Counted from the stretch's first letter, positions 30,281-41,155 are shown. The stretch: DNA of 64,000 nucleotides from Bacteroidales bacterium (GCA_017994425.1 JAGOKS010000001.1:1294-65293), one strand, 5' to 3'. Notes: generated from the sequence alone by a model not told the origin. Made by a program: numbers and translations.

Positions 30281-32860
30281 TTAATGAATGTTCATTACTT
30301 TATACCCAAGTTCTTCAATAGTTTTAATTAAGATACTATCATCAATTTCACAGGATAAAATGACTGATGCTGTTTGTGTTTCAAGGTCAACGTGAGCATT
30401 TACGCCCTCCATTTTGTTTAAAACTTCTTCCACTCGATTGCTACAATGCGCACAACTCATTCCACTTATTGTAATTACTTTATTTACATTCATCTTGTTT
30501 TTTTGTTTTTTAATTTTTTTTCTAATTTCATTTTTTTCAAAGTTATGTAACTTTAACCGTAAAGCATTTAAAACAACACTTATCGAGCTGAAACTCATGG
30601 CTGCTGCTGCTACCATAGGATTTAATTTCCATCCTAGCAAAAAATAGAAAACTCCGGCAGCCATCGGAATTCCGATAGTATTATATATAAAAGCCCAAAA
30701 TAAATTTTCTTTTATGGTTTTCATTACAGCATGACTTAATTTTACCATTTTTACAATATCTTTAATGTTGTTTTTAATTAAAACAACATCTGCTGCTTCT
30801 ATAGCTATATCTGTGCCTGCACCTATGGCAATTCCTATATTCGCTCGAGCTAATGCCGGTGCGTCGTTTATGCCATCACCTACCATTGCTACTATTCTTC
30901 CTTCTTTAATTATTTGACTAATTATTTCATCTTTTTCATGAGGTAGAATTTCGGCATATACTTGAATACCTCCAATTTGATTTTTAATTGCGTTTGCAGT
31001 TGTTATATTATCACCCGTTAGCATGAAAACTTCCATTCCCATTGCTTGTAAAGAATGAATCCCTTGAATACTATCCGGTTTTATTGTATCTGCAATGCCG
31101 ATAATACCTAAAACATTGGAAGCATCAGCACAATAAATAACAGTTTGTCCTTTGATTGCCAATTCGGCTGCTTTTTCATCAAATCCATTTATATTGATAG
31201 TATTATCACTAATAAAAGATAAATTACCTACATAATAATATTTATCTTCGATTTGAGCTTTGATTCCTCTTCCAGGGAAAGTAAAATAATTATAGACGTT
31301 TAGAAGCTTTATTCCTACCTGATTTGCCTTATCCAAAATAGCTAAAGCCAAGGGATGTTCCGATTTTTTTTCAATAGAAGCGGCTAATTGCAATACTTTT
31401 TCATTGCGTATATGACTAACTATCTCTACTACTTTTGGTTTCCCCTCTGTGATTGTTCCTGTTTTATCAAAAACAACCGTATTTATTTTATCCGTATTTT
31501 CAAGAATTTCAGCAGATTTTATTAAAATTCCGTTTTTGGCTCCTAATCCTGTGCCTACCATAATTGCTGTTGGAGTAGCTAATCCTAATGCACATGGACA
31601 AGATATTACTAAGACTGATATTCCCATAGACATGGCAAACTCAAAGGATTGCCCTGAAATTAACCAAATAACAGTCGTAAATAACGCTATTATAATAACT
31701 ATAGGAACAAAATAAAAACTTATCTTATCGGCAAGTTTTGAAATTGGAGCTTTACCGGAATTTGCTACTTCAACTAATTGAATAATTTTTGATAAAAGCG
31801 TGTTATCTCCTATCTTTTCTGCTTTACATTCAATATAACCGGATTTAACTATCGTAGAACCTATTACAGTATCTCCTGCTTTTTTAAATACCGGAATACT
31901 TTCTCCTGTCATAACCGATTCATCTATATAAGCATCTCCTGAAATGATAATTCCGTCAACAGGAACTATTCCTCCGGCTTTCACTATAATTATATCGCCG
32001 ACTTCTATAGTTTCAATTCTAACTTCATATTCTGTATTCTCTTTCCTGATAATTGCTTTATCCGGTTTAAGTTCAATTAATTTTTTTAATGCATCCGATG
32101 TTTTATTTTTTGCTTTTACTTCCAAATATTTTCCAAGAGTAATCAATGTAAGAATGGTTCCCGCTGATTCAAAGTACAAACTATTAATATATAAATGTAT
32201 CGTACTTTCATCAACAGAAACAATATTATTTCCAATTTTAAATATAGCAAATATGCTGTATAATAATGCGGAAGCAGCACCTATGCTTATCAAAGAATCC
32301 ATATTTGGAGAAAGTTTATATAATTGTTTAAATCCATTTATAAAATAATTCCTATTGATATAAAAGATTGGTATTGTTAAAAGAAATTGTAAAAAGGCAA
32401 ACGAAACTGCATGTTTTATTCCCACCAAAAAAAAAGGCAATGGCATTGTTAGCATATGTCCCATTGACACATACAATAAAAGCACTAAAAATAGTATCGA
32501 AACAATTAATCTTGTTTTAATTATTTTTAGTTCCTGTTCGTAAATATTTTCAGTATTGGATTGTATGGATTTATCTTCTTTAATAAAGGCACGGTATCCA
32601 ATACTATCAACTATTTCAATGATTTGCTTCATATCGGTTACGTTTTCATCAAAAACAACCCACATAGTATTTGTCATGAGGTTTACATCTACAGATGAAA
32701 CACCTTTCATTTCTTTTACCGATTTTTCAATTCGGGCAGCACAGGCGGCACATGTCATGCCCGTAAGATAGAATTTTTGTTTTATCACATTATTATAGTC
32801 TTTATCCCTTTTCAGCTTTTTCAATCTCCTTTTGTAGTTTTTTCGGAAGATGTTTAACAC
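30281..32860 (-). CDS. copA: Copper-translocating P1B-type ATPase with N- and C-terminal HMA domains
   Basis: GMTCAACAARIE (N-terminal) and GMSCAHCSNRVE (C-terminal) HMA motifs, plus SCPCALGLATP, DKTGTIT and GDGINDAP. The listed start overlaps the upstream gene by 59 nt; a GTG at 32788 would remove the overlap. Confidence 0.9.
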   Translation of the reverse strand: MLNIFRKNYKRRLKKLKRDKDYNNVIKQKFYLTGMTCAACAARIEKSVKEMKGVSSVDVNLMTNTMWVVFDENVTDMKQIIEIVDSIGYRAFIKEDKSIQSNTENIYEQELKIIKTRLIVSILFLVLLLYVSMGHMLTMPLPFFLVGIKHAVSFAFLQFLLTIPIFYINRNYFINGFKQLYKLSPNMDSLISIGAASALLYSIFAIFKIGNNIVSVDESTIHLYINSLYFESAGTILTLITLGKYLEVKAKNKTSDALKKLIELKPDKAIIRKENTEYEVRIETIEVGDIIIVKAGGIVPVDGIIISGDAYIDESVMTGESIPVFKKAGDTVIGSTIVKSGYIECKAEKIGDNTLLSKIIQLVEVANSGKAPISKLADKISFYFVPIVIIIALFTTVIWLISGQSFEFAMSMGISVLVISCPCALGLATPTAIMVGTGLGAKNGILIKSAEILENTDKINTVVFDKTGTITEGKPKVVEIVSHIRNEKVLQLAASIEKKSEHPLALAILDKANQVGIKLLNVYNYFTFPGRGIKAQIEDKYYYVGNLSFISDNTININGFDEKAAELAIKGQTVIYCADASNVLGIIGIADTIKPDSIQGIHSLQAMGMEVFMLTGDNITTANAIKNQIGGIQVYAEILPHEKDEIISQIIKEGRIVAMVGDGINDAPALARANIGIAIGAGTDIAIEAADVVLIKNNIKDIVKMVKLSHAVMKTIKENLFWAFIYNTIGIPMAAGVFYFLLGWKLNPMVAAAAMSFSSISVVLNALRLKLHNFEKNEIRKKIKKQKNKMNVNKVITISGMSCAHCSNRVEEVLNKMEGVNAHVDLETQTASVILSCEIDDSILIKTIEELGYKVMNIH

Positions 32861-34025
32861 AATGATGACATTTCATTTCAAGTGTATACATTCTTCCGAT
32901 ACAATAGTTAGAATGCTTACATTCACTGCGTTCAAGTCCGGCTTTCATTTTATTTACAAATGCAGTATCATTGATTAGTACCCGTGCCATTTGTAATAAT
33001 TCAAAACCTTCCGCCAAGACTTCTTCCATTTTTTGTCGGGAAATCAAACCTCCGACATAGATGAGCGGCATATTTACTGCCTTTCTGAATTTTTTAGCTT
33101 CTTCGAGAAAATACGCTTCTTTAAAAGGTACTGCCGGTACCATCCATTTCCCAATCAAGCGAAGTGCTATCTTCAACCACCAAAATTTCCAGGCATTCAT
33201 GTAATAAGTCATGGTTTTTATTGGCATAGCTCCCCGCATTACTTCCATGGGAGCCTTGCTTACAAAACCCGCTGAAAGTACTAAAGCATGTACTTTCAAT
33301 TTCTCCAATTCCTTAGCAACGAGAATACATTCATCGATATGCATTCCTTTTTTAAAACCGTCATACATATTTATTTTAACAACAACTGCCATATCATCAC
33401 CGGCAACTTGCATAACTTCTTCCATCACCATTTTCATAAAACGCATGCGATTTTCGAGAGAACCACCGTATTTGTCTTTCCTTTTATTCGTATAAGGTGA
33501 AAGAAATTGAGAAATAAGATACCCATGTCCGGCATGAATTTCAACACCATCAAATCCGGCTTCACGGGCAAGCTGCACTGCTTTTCCAAAATCTTTTACC
33601 AGCGCTTCTATTTCTTTTTCTTTCAAAGCCCTCACAATAGTAGGAGAATATAAATTGAATCCATTCGAAGCCCCTACGGGTATTTGTCCGCAGGTATAAA
33701 AATGTGTCATGTTCCCACAATGTCCGAGTTGTATAGAGGCTTTTGCCCCTTCAGCGTGTATGGCATCGGTTAATTTTTTTAAATCAGGAATAATTTCTTC
33801 ACGCATCCACAGCTGACCTTTAAAAGATAATCCGCTACGATTTACGGCTGCATAAGCTATGGTTGTCATCCCTACTCCTCCTTTGGCAACATTGACATGA
33901 TAATCGAATAAATCTTGAGAAGGTTTATTATCATAACACATGTTTTCAAAAGCAGCTGAACGTATGGTTCGGTTACGTAAGGTAACAGGACCTAATTGAT
34001 AAGGTGTAAATAAGATATCATTCAT
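32802..34025 (-). CDS. NADH:flavin oxidoreductase (Old Yellow Enzyme family)
   Basis: 407 aa. TIM-barrel OYE motifs (RNRTIRSA, GFDGVEIHAGHGYLISQFLSP) and a Cys-rich tail (CKHSNYC...CHHC). Confidence 0.85.
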   Translation of the reverse strand: MNDILFTPYQLGPVTLRNRTIRSAAFENMCYDNKPSQDLFDYHVNVAKGGVGMTTIAYAAVNRSGLSFKGQLWMREEIIPDLKKLTDAIHAEGAKASIQLGHCGNMTHFYTCGQIPVGASNGFNLYSPTIVRALKEKEIEALVKDFGKAVQLAREAGFDGVEIHAGHGYLISQFLSPYTNKRKDKYGGSLENRMRFMKMVMEEVMQVAGDDMAVVVKINMYDGFKKGMHIDECILVAKELEKLKVHALVLSAGFVSKAPMEVMRGAMPIKTMTYYMNAWKFWWLKIALRLIGKWMVPAVPFKEAYFLEEAKKFRKAVNMPLIYVGGLISRQKMEEVLAEGFELLQMARVLINDTAFVNKMKAGLERSECKHSNYCIGRMYTLEMKCHHCVKHLPKKLQKEIEKAEKG

Positions 34026-34044
34026 TTTCCTGTATTTTTATAGG

Positions 34045-35184
34045 CTAGTTTTTAGCAGTTTCTATGGCTTTCAATAAATTAGAAGTAATATAGTCTAATT
34101 GTTCCTGATCCAATTCCGTATGCATAGGTAAAGAAATAACATTCGCCGATAAATGTTCGCTCACCGGGAAATCGCCTTTTTTGTAACGAGGATCCTGATA
34201 GGCCTTTTGTAAATGCAAAGGAACGGGATAATAAATCATTACCGGAATTTCTTTTTCTTGCATGTAAGCAATAACTTTTGCTCTTTCTACATTATGAAGC
34301 ACTAAAGTATATTGGTGAAACACATGCGTTGTTTGGTTATTTACAACAGGAGTGGAAATATTTTCATGATTAGCAAATGCCTTGTTGTAAAATTCGGCTG
34401 CTTTATTCCGTCTTTCAGCGTAAGCATCCAGATGTTTTAATTTTACATCCAACACAGCGGCTTGAATACTATCCAAACGTGAGTTAACACCTATAATATC
34501 ATGATAATAACGAATGAACATGCCATGATTCACGATGCCTCTCAATTTTTTTGCCAATTCATCATCGTTGGTAAAAGCAGCACCTCCGTCTCCGTAGCAT
34601 CCCAAATTTTTAGAGGGGAAAAAAGAAGTACATCCTATGGTGCCAATCGTTCCGGCTTTTTTGGTTTCTCCATTCGAAAAATAATAGCTGGCGCCGATTG
34701 CTTGACAAGCATCTTCAACAACAAAGAGATTGTGTTTCTCTGCCAGCTTCATCAAAGCTTCCATATTGACACATTGACCAAATAAATGAACCGGTATAAT
34801 GGCTTTGGTTTTTGGAGTAATGGCTCTCTCTACTGCATTGATATCAATATTAAACGTATCAGGTTCGACATCTACCAATACAGGAGTTAATTTCAATAAT
34901 GCAATTACTTCTGCTGTGGCTATAAATGTAAATGTTGTGGTAATCACCTCATCCCCGGGTTGGAGATCAAGTGCCATAAGGGCTACTTGCAATGAATCGG
35001 TGCCATTACCACATGGAATCACATGTTTAACATTAAGGTATTTTTCAAGGTTCGCTTGAAATTGTTTCACTGTCGGACCATTAATAAAAGTACAATTATT
35101 AATCACCTCTTGGATAGAATTATCCACTTCTACTTTGATTTCTTGATATTGCTTTTGCAAATCAACCATTTGAATTTTTCGCAT
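34045..35184 (-). CDS. DegT/DnrJ/EryC1/StrS family sugar aminotransferase
   Basis: 379 aa. FFPSKNLGCYGDGGA contains the PLP lysine. Confidence 0.85.
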   Translation of the reverse strand: MRKIQMVDLQKQYQEIKVEVDNSIQEVINNCTFINGPTVKQFQANLEKYLNVKHVIPCGNGTDSLQVALMALDLQPGDEVITTTFTFIATAEVIALLKLTPVLVDVEPDTFNIDINAVERAITPKTKAIIPVHLFGQCVNMEALMKLAEKHNLFVVEDACQAIGASYYFSNGETKKAGTIGTIGCTSFFPSKNLGCYGDGGAAFTNDDELAKKLRGIVNHGMFIRYYHDIIGVNSRLDSIQAAVLDVKLKHLDAYAERRNKAAEFYNKAFANHENISTPVVNNQTTHVFHQYTLVLHNVERAKVIAYMQEKEIPVMIYYPVPLHLQKAYQDPRYKKGDFPVSEHLSANVISLPMHTELDQEQLDYITSNLLKAIETAKN

Positions 35185-35198
35185 TTTTTATATTTTTA

Positions 35199-35633
35199 TT
35201 ATTTTTTAACTTGTATGGTTTTCAAATCACTTTTTATTTTTTTTAAATCTGTTGTCGTTTGTTTTCGCGATTTTTGAACTTCGATGGTCGCTTCTGTTTC
35301 CATTTTCACCAATCGATTCACTACTTGTTCCATTAATTCTTTCGATAAATCTTCATGCCCCATGTAATAATTATAATTATTTACAAAGCGTGTGTAAGTT
35401 ACATTCTTTTTATCAAGAACGGCATTCATTTGTTGAGCCGTCCAAATGTCAAGGCTGTCCATTTGATTGGTAATAACACAATTACGAATAGAAGCTTCTG
35501 TCATATAAACTTCAACAAGAATATCTTCCATTTGTTGCTTATTTATCAAATCCTTAGGAGTGGAGCTTTCATATTTTCTTGTGCAAGAACACAAACAACA
35601 AATAGAAAGCATTAAAAGTATAGTTTTTTTCAT
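35199..35633 (-). CDS. Lipoprotein, DUF4296-like
   Basis: 144 aa. MKKTILLMLSICCLCSC lipobox. Its ATG overlaps the pyrC stop (ATGA). Confidence 0.6.
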   Translation of the reverse strand: MKKTILLMLSICCLCSCTRKYESSTPKDLINKQQMEDILVEVYMTEASIRNCVITNQMDSLDIWTAQQMNAVLDKKNVTYTRFVNNYNYYMGHEDLSKELMEQVVNRLVKMETEATIEVQKSRKQTTTDLKKIKSDLKTIQVKK

Positions 35634-36982
35634 CGGTTGAAAAATAATGGTTTTCCGTTAGGTTCGTTTGAAAAGACACCATTGTCGAAAGCTAAAACAC
35701 CATTTACAAAGGTCTTTTCGATGCTTGTATGCAATTCCGTATTTTCAAAAGGCGACCATCCGCAATGATAATAAATAGATTCGGGAGTTATTTTTACAGA
35801 AGTATTTACATTAACCAATACCAAATCGGCATAAAAATTTTCTTTAATATAACCTCTCTTTTCTATTTGAAATAAACGAGCGGGAGCATGACACATTTTT
35901 TCTACTATGGTTTGCAATTTAATTTCTTTACGCCAATATAGTTCAAGCATTAAGGGAAGAGTATGTTGAACCATAGGTATTCCCGACGGAGCTTTCAAGT
36001 AAGAATTATTTTTTTCTTCTGCTGTATGAGGGGCGTGGTCTGAAGCAATGCTTGCAATACGCGTATCGGAAAGGGCTTTTACCAGTTCACGTTTATCATC
36101 GATGGTTTTAATAGCCGGATTACATTTTATCTTTGTACCTAAGTTTTGATAATGCGTATCATCGAAAAATAAATACGCTACACAAATTTCACCACTTATG
36201 AATGGAAATTCTTTCGTAAACAATGCCAATTCCTTGGCAGTGCTAATATGTAAAATATGTAAAGGTGCATTGTATTTTTTTGCCAGCTCTATCAAATTAC
36301 AGGATGAAAGATAACACGCTTCTTCGGAACGAATCAGCGGATGTTTTTCAATAGGAATATCTTCCCCATACATAGCTTTCATGCTTTCGGTATTCGTACG
36401 TATAATGCTTTCATCTTCACAATGCGCTACCAAAGGGACTTTTTGAAATTGCAATATTTCTTCTAACACACGGCTATCGTTAATCAACATATTACCAGTA
36501 GAAGAACCGATAAATAATTTAATGCCACAGACACGTTTGGGATCAAGATGCTTAATTTCTTCCCAATTAGTATCTGTTGCAGCCAGATAAAATGCATAAT
36601 TGGTATACATTTTTTTCTCTGCCAATTGCATTTTTTCTTTCCAATGTGTCAAAGTAGTCGTTTGTGGAATTACATTGGGCATATCCATAACCGAGGTTAC
36701 TCCACCGGCGACAGCCGCTTTACTTTCCGATAAGAAAGAACCTTTGTGTGTTAATCCGGGTTCTCTGAAATGTACATGTTCATCAATGACTCCCGGAAGC
36801 AAATACAAATCTGTTGCATCGATAAACTGGGTATCGTTTGCCATGCATATTTCTTCGATGGCAGCCCCTTCTTTAATTATTTTATCTATTTTTCCGTATT
36901 GAATCAACACATCGCCACGAAATATCTTTTTTTCAGAAACTATAGTTGCGTTGTAAATAAAATAATTATTATTGAGACTCAT
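35630..36982 (-). CDS. pyrC: Dihydroorotase (amidohydrolase superfamily)
   Basis: 450 aa. DEHVHFREPG HxH metal site and SDHAPH. Confidence 0.85.
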   Translation of the reverse strand: MSLNNNYFIYNATIVSEKKIFRGDVLIQYGKIDKIIKEGAAIEEICMANDTQFIDATDLYLLPGVIDEHVHFREPGLTHKGSFLSESKAAVAGGVTSVMDMPNVIPQTTTLTHWKEKMQLAEKKMYTNYAFYLAATDTNWEEIKHLDPKRVCGIKLFIGSSTGNMLINDSRVLEEILQFQKVPLVAHCEDESIIRTNTESMKAMYGEDIPIEKHPLIRSEEACYLSSCNLIELAKKYNAPLHILHISTAKELALFTKEFPFISGEICVAYLFFDDTHYQNLGTKIKCNPAIKTIDDKRELVKALSDTRIASIASDHAPHTAEEKNNSYLKAPSGIPMVQHTLPLMLELYWRKEIKLQTIVEKMCHAPARLFQIEKRGYIKENFYADLVLVNVNTSVKITPESIYYHCGWSPFENTELHTSIEKTFVNGVLAFDNGVFSNEPNGKPLFFNR

Positions 36983-36993
36983 TGAGTGTATAT

Positions 36994-38778
36994 TTATTCA
37001 ATCCAAGCGACGATATCCCCTTTTGTAACCATACTCCCTTGAGGAGCATAGGTGTCTACCAGCTTACCGCTATGCAAAGCCACAACATCTTCGTTTCCAT
37101 AATAGGCTTGAACTACGGCGATGACATCGTTTTCTTTGTACTTTTTACCCGGAGGAGGGGCTATTGATTTATCGGTAAAATCTAAATCCCATAGTATTTT
37201 TCCCGTTACCGGAGCAATAATCGGTTTTGCATTGGGGTATTTATCGCTTATATATGCTAAAGTTTTTTTAGTTGCCTCTTCTTTCGAAACGACAGGTGCT
37301 GATGATGTTGCCTGTGCTTCGGTTTTTACTTTTTGTAATTCTTCATCAAAGCGTTTTTTTGCCAAGCCCGATTTATAATCTCTATATTGTCTATCGTGCA
37401 TAGCCAGTTCGAAGAGCTCCTCATCGTCAGGACCGAACTCCCAATTGTTATCGAGCATTTCCTTTTTATAATCTTCTAAGGCATTCGGAAAAGCATCTTG
37501 CGGATTTGCAGTATAGAATTCCATATTGCTTTTCTTTGCCAGCTCGATAATTTTCGGGTCTAAAGGACCGGGTAGATTTCCGGTTTTTCCCAAAATCATA
37601 TTCCAACTGTCTTTGTCAATCATTGAGAATCTTTCTTCTCCTTTGGCAAGGGAAAAAATATTCATTAAAGCAATGTTTTTCACATATTGGCTAAAAGGAG
37701 TTACCAATGGAGGATATCCTAATTTAGGCCATACATATTCCACTTCTTGAAACAATTGAACCACCAATTCGTCCAATGTAACTTCTTCTTTTTTATGTTG
37801 TTTCAAGGCAGTATTTATCACGCTATGCATTCCTTTCAAATCAGCCATCATAGAGCCCATCATGCCCCCCGGTAATCCGCTGCCTACCAATAATGAAGTC
37901 ATGATTTTATTTTTAGGGTCTATAAAATAGCCTAAGAAATCATCGATAAAAGATTGTGTTAATCGGCGTGCTTCCATATAGGCTTTCATATTTATATCGG
38001 GAACAGAGAAGCCGGCATCTTTTAACATGGCTTGTATGGTAATCACGTCGGGATGCACCATCCCCCAGGAAAGCGGTTCCATGGCAACGTCAATATAATC
38101 AACGCCATTATGTGCTACTTCCAGCATGGAAGCTACTGAGAATCCCGGTCCGGAATGTCCATGATATTGAACGATAATATGCGGATATTTGGTTTTAATT
38201 GCTTTCACTAAACGACCTAGGGATACCGGACGTCCTACTCCTGCCATGTCTTTCAATGCGATTTCATCGGCACCGTATTCCACCAATTTATCGACTATTT
38301 GCATGAAATATTCAACCGTATGAATTTCAGAATATGTAATACTCAATGCCGCTTGTGAAATCATTCCTGCTTCTTTGGCATATTTAATAGACAGTTCTAA
38401 ATTGCGATGGTCGTTTAATCCGCAAAACGAACGCATAATGTCGACACCTTGTGCTTTTTTAACTTTGGGCATTAATTGACGAACATCTGCAGGTACCGGG
38501 TACATACGCAATCCATTCAACGCTCTTTCTAACATATGTGTTTGAATGCCTGCCTTATTAAAGGGTTTTACCCATTCTCTAACCGCTGTATTCGGATTTT
38601 CGCCATACAATAAATTAACTTGTTCAAATGCTCCTCCGTTGGTTTCTATACGGGCAAAACATCCCATATCAACAATAACAGGAGCTATTTGTATCAATTG
38701 ATCCACTCGTGGCACATATTTTCCGGAAGATTGCCACATGTCACGGTATAACAAACTGAATTTAATCTCTTTCGCCAT
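36994..38778 (-). CDS. Carboxyltransferase (oxaloacetate decarboxylase alpha / transcarboxylase 5S type) with degenerate C-terminal biotinyl-like domain
   Basis: HMGL-like TIM barrel plus a conserved carboxyltransferase region. The C-terminal ~70 aa is shaped like a biotinyl domain but reads VVQAYYGNEDV where EAMKM is expected. The ATG at 38778 (MAKEIKF) is preferred over the TTG at 38796. Confidence 0.8.
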   Translation of the reverse strand: MAKEIKFSLLYRDMWQSSGKYVPRVDQLIQIAPVIVDMGCFARIETNGGAFEQVNLLYGENPNTAVREWVKPFNKAGIQTHMLERALNGLRMYPVPADVRQLMPKVKKAQGVDIMRSFCGLNDHRNLELSIKYAKEAGMISQAALSITYSEIHTVEYFMQIVDKLVEYGADEIALKDMAGVGRPVSLGRLVKAIKTKYPHIIVQYHGHSGPGFSVASMLEVAHNGVDYIDVAMEPLSWGMVHPDVITIQAMLKDAGFSVPDINMKAYMEARRLTQSFIDDFLGYFIDPKNKIMTSLLVGSGLPGGMMGSMMADLKGMHSVINTALKQHKKEEVTLDELVVQLFQEVEYVWPKLGYPPLVTPFSQYVKNIALMNIFSLAKGEERFSMIDKDSWNMILGKTGNLPGPLDPKIIELAKKSNMEFYTANPQDAFPNALEDYKKEMLDNNWEFGPDDEELFELAMHDRQYRDYKSGLAKKRFDEELQKVKTEAQATSSAPVVSKEEATKKTLAYISDKYPNAKPIIAPVTGKILWDLDFTDKSIAPPPGKKYKENDVIAVVQAYYGNEDVVALHSGKLVDTYAPQGSMVTKGDIVAWIE

Positions 38779-38924
38779 ATAAAAAATTTTATGCAAATAT
38801 ACAAAATTTACTGATATGTAAAAAAGAAAATTTCAAAAATATCCTGTCGTATACTAAACGTTCCATTCTATCGTAGAATATATGGAGAAAATAATTATCA
38901 ATATATTACTATTCTACATTCTTT

Positions 38925-39479
38925 TTATGGCTTAGCATCCACACGTAGAATTTTCATTTCCGTTCTTCTATTTAAATCGTGGGCAGCTTCTTTTTCTTTT
39001 CTGTCGGCAATACTGTTAATGTATTCCGGGATTAATAAGGTTCCCTTTTTAAAAGTAAAACCACGTGACTCCATATCTTTTTCCAATTTTCTCGGTTCAT
39101 GTTCCCCATAGCCTTTCGCTGTAAGTCGTTTGGGGTCTATGCCTTTTTCAATGAAATATTCCACTATCCTCATTGCCTTTCTTTGCGATAAGGTATCGTT
39201 GGTCATGGGTATGGGTCGGAAATCAGTATGGCATCCGATTTCGACAATTAAAATAGGATTTTTCTTTAAAAAAAGTACAATAGAATCTAAAATGCCATGT
39301 GAAGAAAAATCAATCCCCCAACCTCCACTCAAATTAAAAATAATATCGGGTAAAACACAATAACTGCTTTCTGTAAAAACCGTATCGGTAAGCAAAAAAT
39401 ATGTTTTATCCCGGCTTTTTTGAGAGAAGCTTTGAAAACCAATAAGAATAATACAAATGAATAGAACTGGTTTTTTCAT
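38925..39479 (-). CDS. OmpA family protein
   Basis: 184 aa. Signal peptide and a C-terminal OmpA-like domain (GCHTDFRP...NDTLSQRKA...NRRTEMKIL). Confidence 0.8.
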   Translation of the reverse strand: MKKPVLFICIILIGFQSFSQKSRDKTYFLLTDTVFTESSYCVLPDIIFNLSGGWGIDFSSHGILDSIVLFLKKNPILIVEIGCHTDFRPIPMTNDTLSQRKAMRIVEYFIEKGIDPKRLTAKGYGEHEPRKLEKDMESRGFTFKKGTLLIPEYINSIADRKEKEAAHDLNRRTEMKILRVDAKP

Positions 39480-39583
39480 GCTTGCTAATTGATTTATATC
39501 AGCAAAAATACTCTTTTTCTTTATGATGGAATGAAAAAAAATCTTTTTTATTTAAAAACCATGAATCATAAAAGAAAAAATAT

Positions 39584-39591
39584 TACTTTTG
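39584..39591 (+). promoter_or_regulatory. -7 box TAnnTTTG (tacttttg) for metK
   Basis: ~130 nt upstream of the metK ATG, which implies a long leader. Confidence 0.5.
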
Positions 39592-39723
39592 CAGAAGAAA
39601 AAAGTGGATAGATTTGATTTGATTGCAACCACTCAAAAATGCTAAAACAACGACATTTTCCATCAATCATTAGAATCCATTCCTTTTAAAAATTAGTTAT
39701 TTAACAATTAAAATTTTTAAAAT

Positions 39724-41061
39724 ATGGCTTATTTATTTACATCCGAATCGGTTTCGGAAGGACATCCCGACAAAGTATCAGACCAAATATCAGACGCATT
39801 GTTAGACGAGTTTTTACGTCATGACCCACATTCAAAAGTAGCTTGTGAAACACTTGTTACCACCGGATTGGTAGTCTGTGCCGGCGAAGTAAAAACAAAA
39901 GGATATGTTGACATTCAAACTATTGCTCGTAAAGTAATCCAAGAAATCGGATATACAAAAGGCGAATACATGTTCGAAAGTAACTCTTGTGGCATTGTAT
40001 CGGCAATACACGAGCAATCGCCTGATATCAATCAAGGTGTTGAGAGATCGAAAATTGAGAATCAAGGTGCCGGCGACCAAGGCATGATGTTCGGCTATGC
40101 GGTGAAAGAAATGGATAACTTGATGCCTGTTCCCATCGAATTGGCACATATCTTTATGCAAGAATTGGCTGCCATTCGTAAAGAAGGGAAAAAGATGAAA
40201 TATTTACGTCCTGATTCCAAATCACAGGTAACAGTAGCTTACAACGAAAAAGGAGTGCCGGTAAACATCAATACCATCGTAATATCCACACAGCACGATG
40301 ATTTTGTAAAGCCGAAAGAAAGCGGGAAAAAAGCACAAGAAAAAGCAGACAATGAAATGCTTTCCATCATTAAAAACGATGTTGAAAAAATACTGATTCC
40401 ACGGGTAAAAAAAGCATGTCCCGAACATATTCGCAAGCTTTTCAAAGGCGATTATCAATTATATGTAAATCCTACGGGTAAATTTGTAATCGGTGGACCT
40501 CACGGTGACACCGGTTTGACGGGAAGAAAAATCATTGTCGACACCTACGGAGGCAAAGGTGCCCATGGCGGTGGTGCTTTTTCAGGCAAAGACTCCTCGA
40601 AAGTAGATCGTTCGGCGGCTTATGCAGCACGACATATTGCTAAAAACTTAGTGGCAGCAGGCGTTGCCAAAGAAGTATTGGTACAAGTTGCCTACGCTAT
40701 CGGCATTGCCAAACCGGTAGGCTTATTTATTAATACCTTTAATTCCTGCTTGCTGAAAGACAAAAACGGAAAGAAAATCACCGATGCTGATATAGCTGAT
40801 AAAGTTAATGCCGTTTTTGATTTACGCCCTTATGCCATCATCCAACGTTTTGGATTACAAAATCCTATTTTTCAATTAACTGCTTCTTACGGACATTTTG
40901 GAAGAGACCCTTTTACCAAAGAAATTGAAGTCTATTATACTGATGAGAATGTCAAAGCAAAGAAAGTTAATGGGGAAACAAAATATTTTAAAGAAGTAGA
41001 ATTTTTTGCTTGGGAAAAACTGGATTATGTACACAAGATTCAAAAGGCATTTGATTTATAA
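39724..41061 (+). CDS. metK: S-adenosylmethionine synthetase
   Basis: 445 aa. [30 protein letters not shown] and GGGAFSGKD motifs. Confidence 0.95.
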   Translation: MAYLFTSESVSEGHPDKVSDQISDALLDEFLRHDPHSKVACETLVTTGLVVCAGEVKTKGYVDIQTIARKVIQEIGYTKGEYMFESNSCGIVSAIHEQSPDINQGVERSKIENQGAGDQGMMFGYAVKEMDNLMPVPIELAHIFMQELAAIRKEGKKMKYLRPDSKSQVTVAYNEKGVPVNINTIVISTQHDDFVKPKESGKKAQEKADNEMLSIIKNDVEKILIPRVKKACPEHIRKLFKGDYQLYVNPTGKFVIGGPHGDTGLTGRKIIVDTYGGKGAHGGGAFSGKDSSKVDRSAAYAARHIAKNLVAAGVAKEVLVQVAYAIGIAKPVGLFINTFNSCLLKDKNGKKITDADIADKVNAVFDLRPYAIIQRFGLQNPIFQLTASYGHFGRDPFTKEIEVYYTDENVKAKKVNGETKYFKEVEFFAWEKLDYVHKIQKAFDL

Positions 41062-41122
41062 GATTTTCTTAAAATATTTAATGAAATAAAAAAATAAATG
41101 CTGTTTTTGTAATTTTTTTTTC

Positions 41123-41130
41123 TACTTTTG
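41123..41130 (+). promoter_or_regulatory. -7 box TAnnTTTG (tacttttg)
   Basis: 26 nt upstream of the ATG at 41156. Confidence 0.5.
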
Positions 41131-41155
41131 TCAACCTAACAAAACATTATTCTAA

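Noticed and set aside
31449-32771. Plus-strand ORFs inside copA (31449..31715, 31944..32348, 32556..32771) and inside the oxidoreductase, aminotransferase and pyrC genes
   Set aside because: They are shadow ORFs antisense to long, motif-supported genes.
39592-39723. SAM riboswitch in the ~130-nt metK leader
   Set aside because: There is a GTGG..CCAC stem (39604-39631 region) with a U-rich loop and an A-rich tail. I could not find the SAM-I core (GAGGGA / AGAG..GC) or a convincing SAM-II/V AAAGCU pseudoknot partner. It needs cmscan before any claim.
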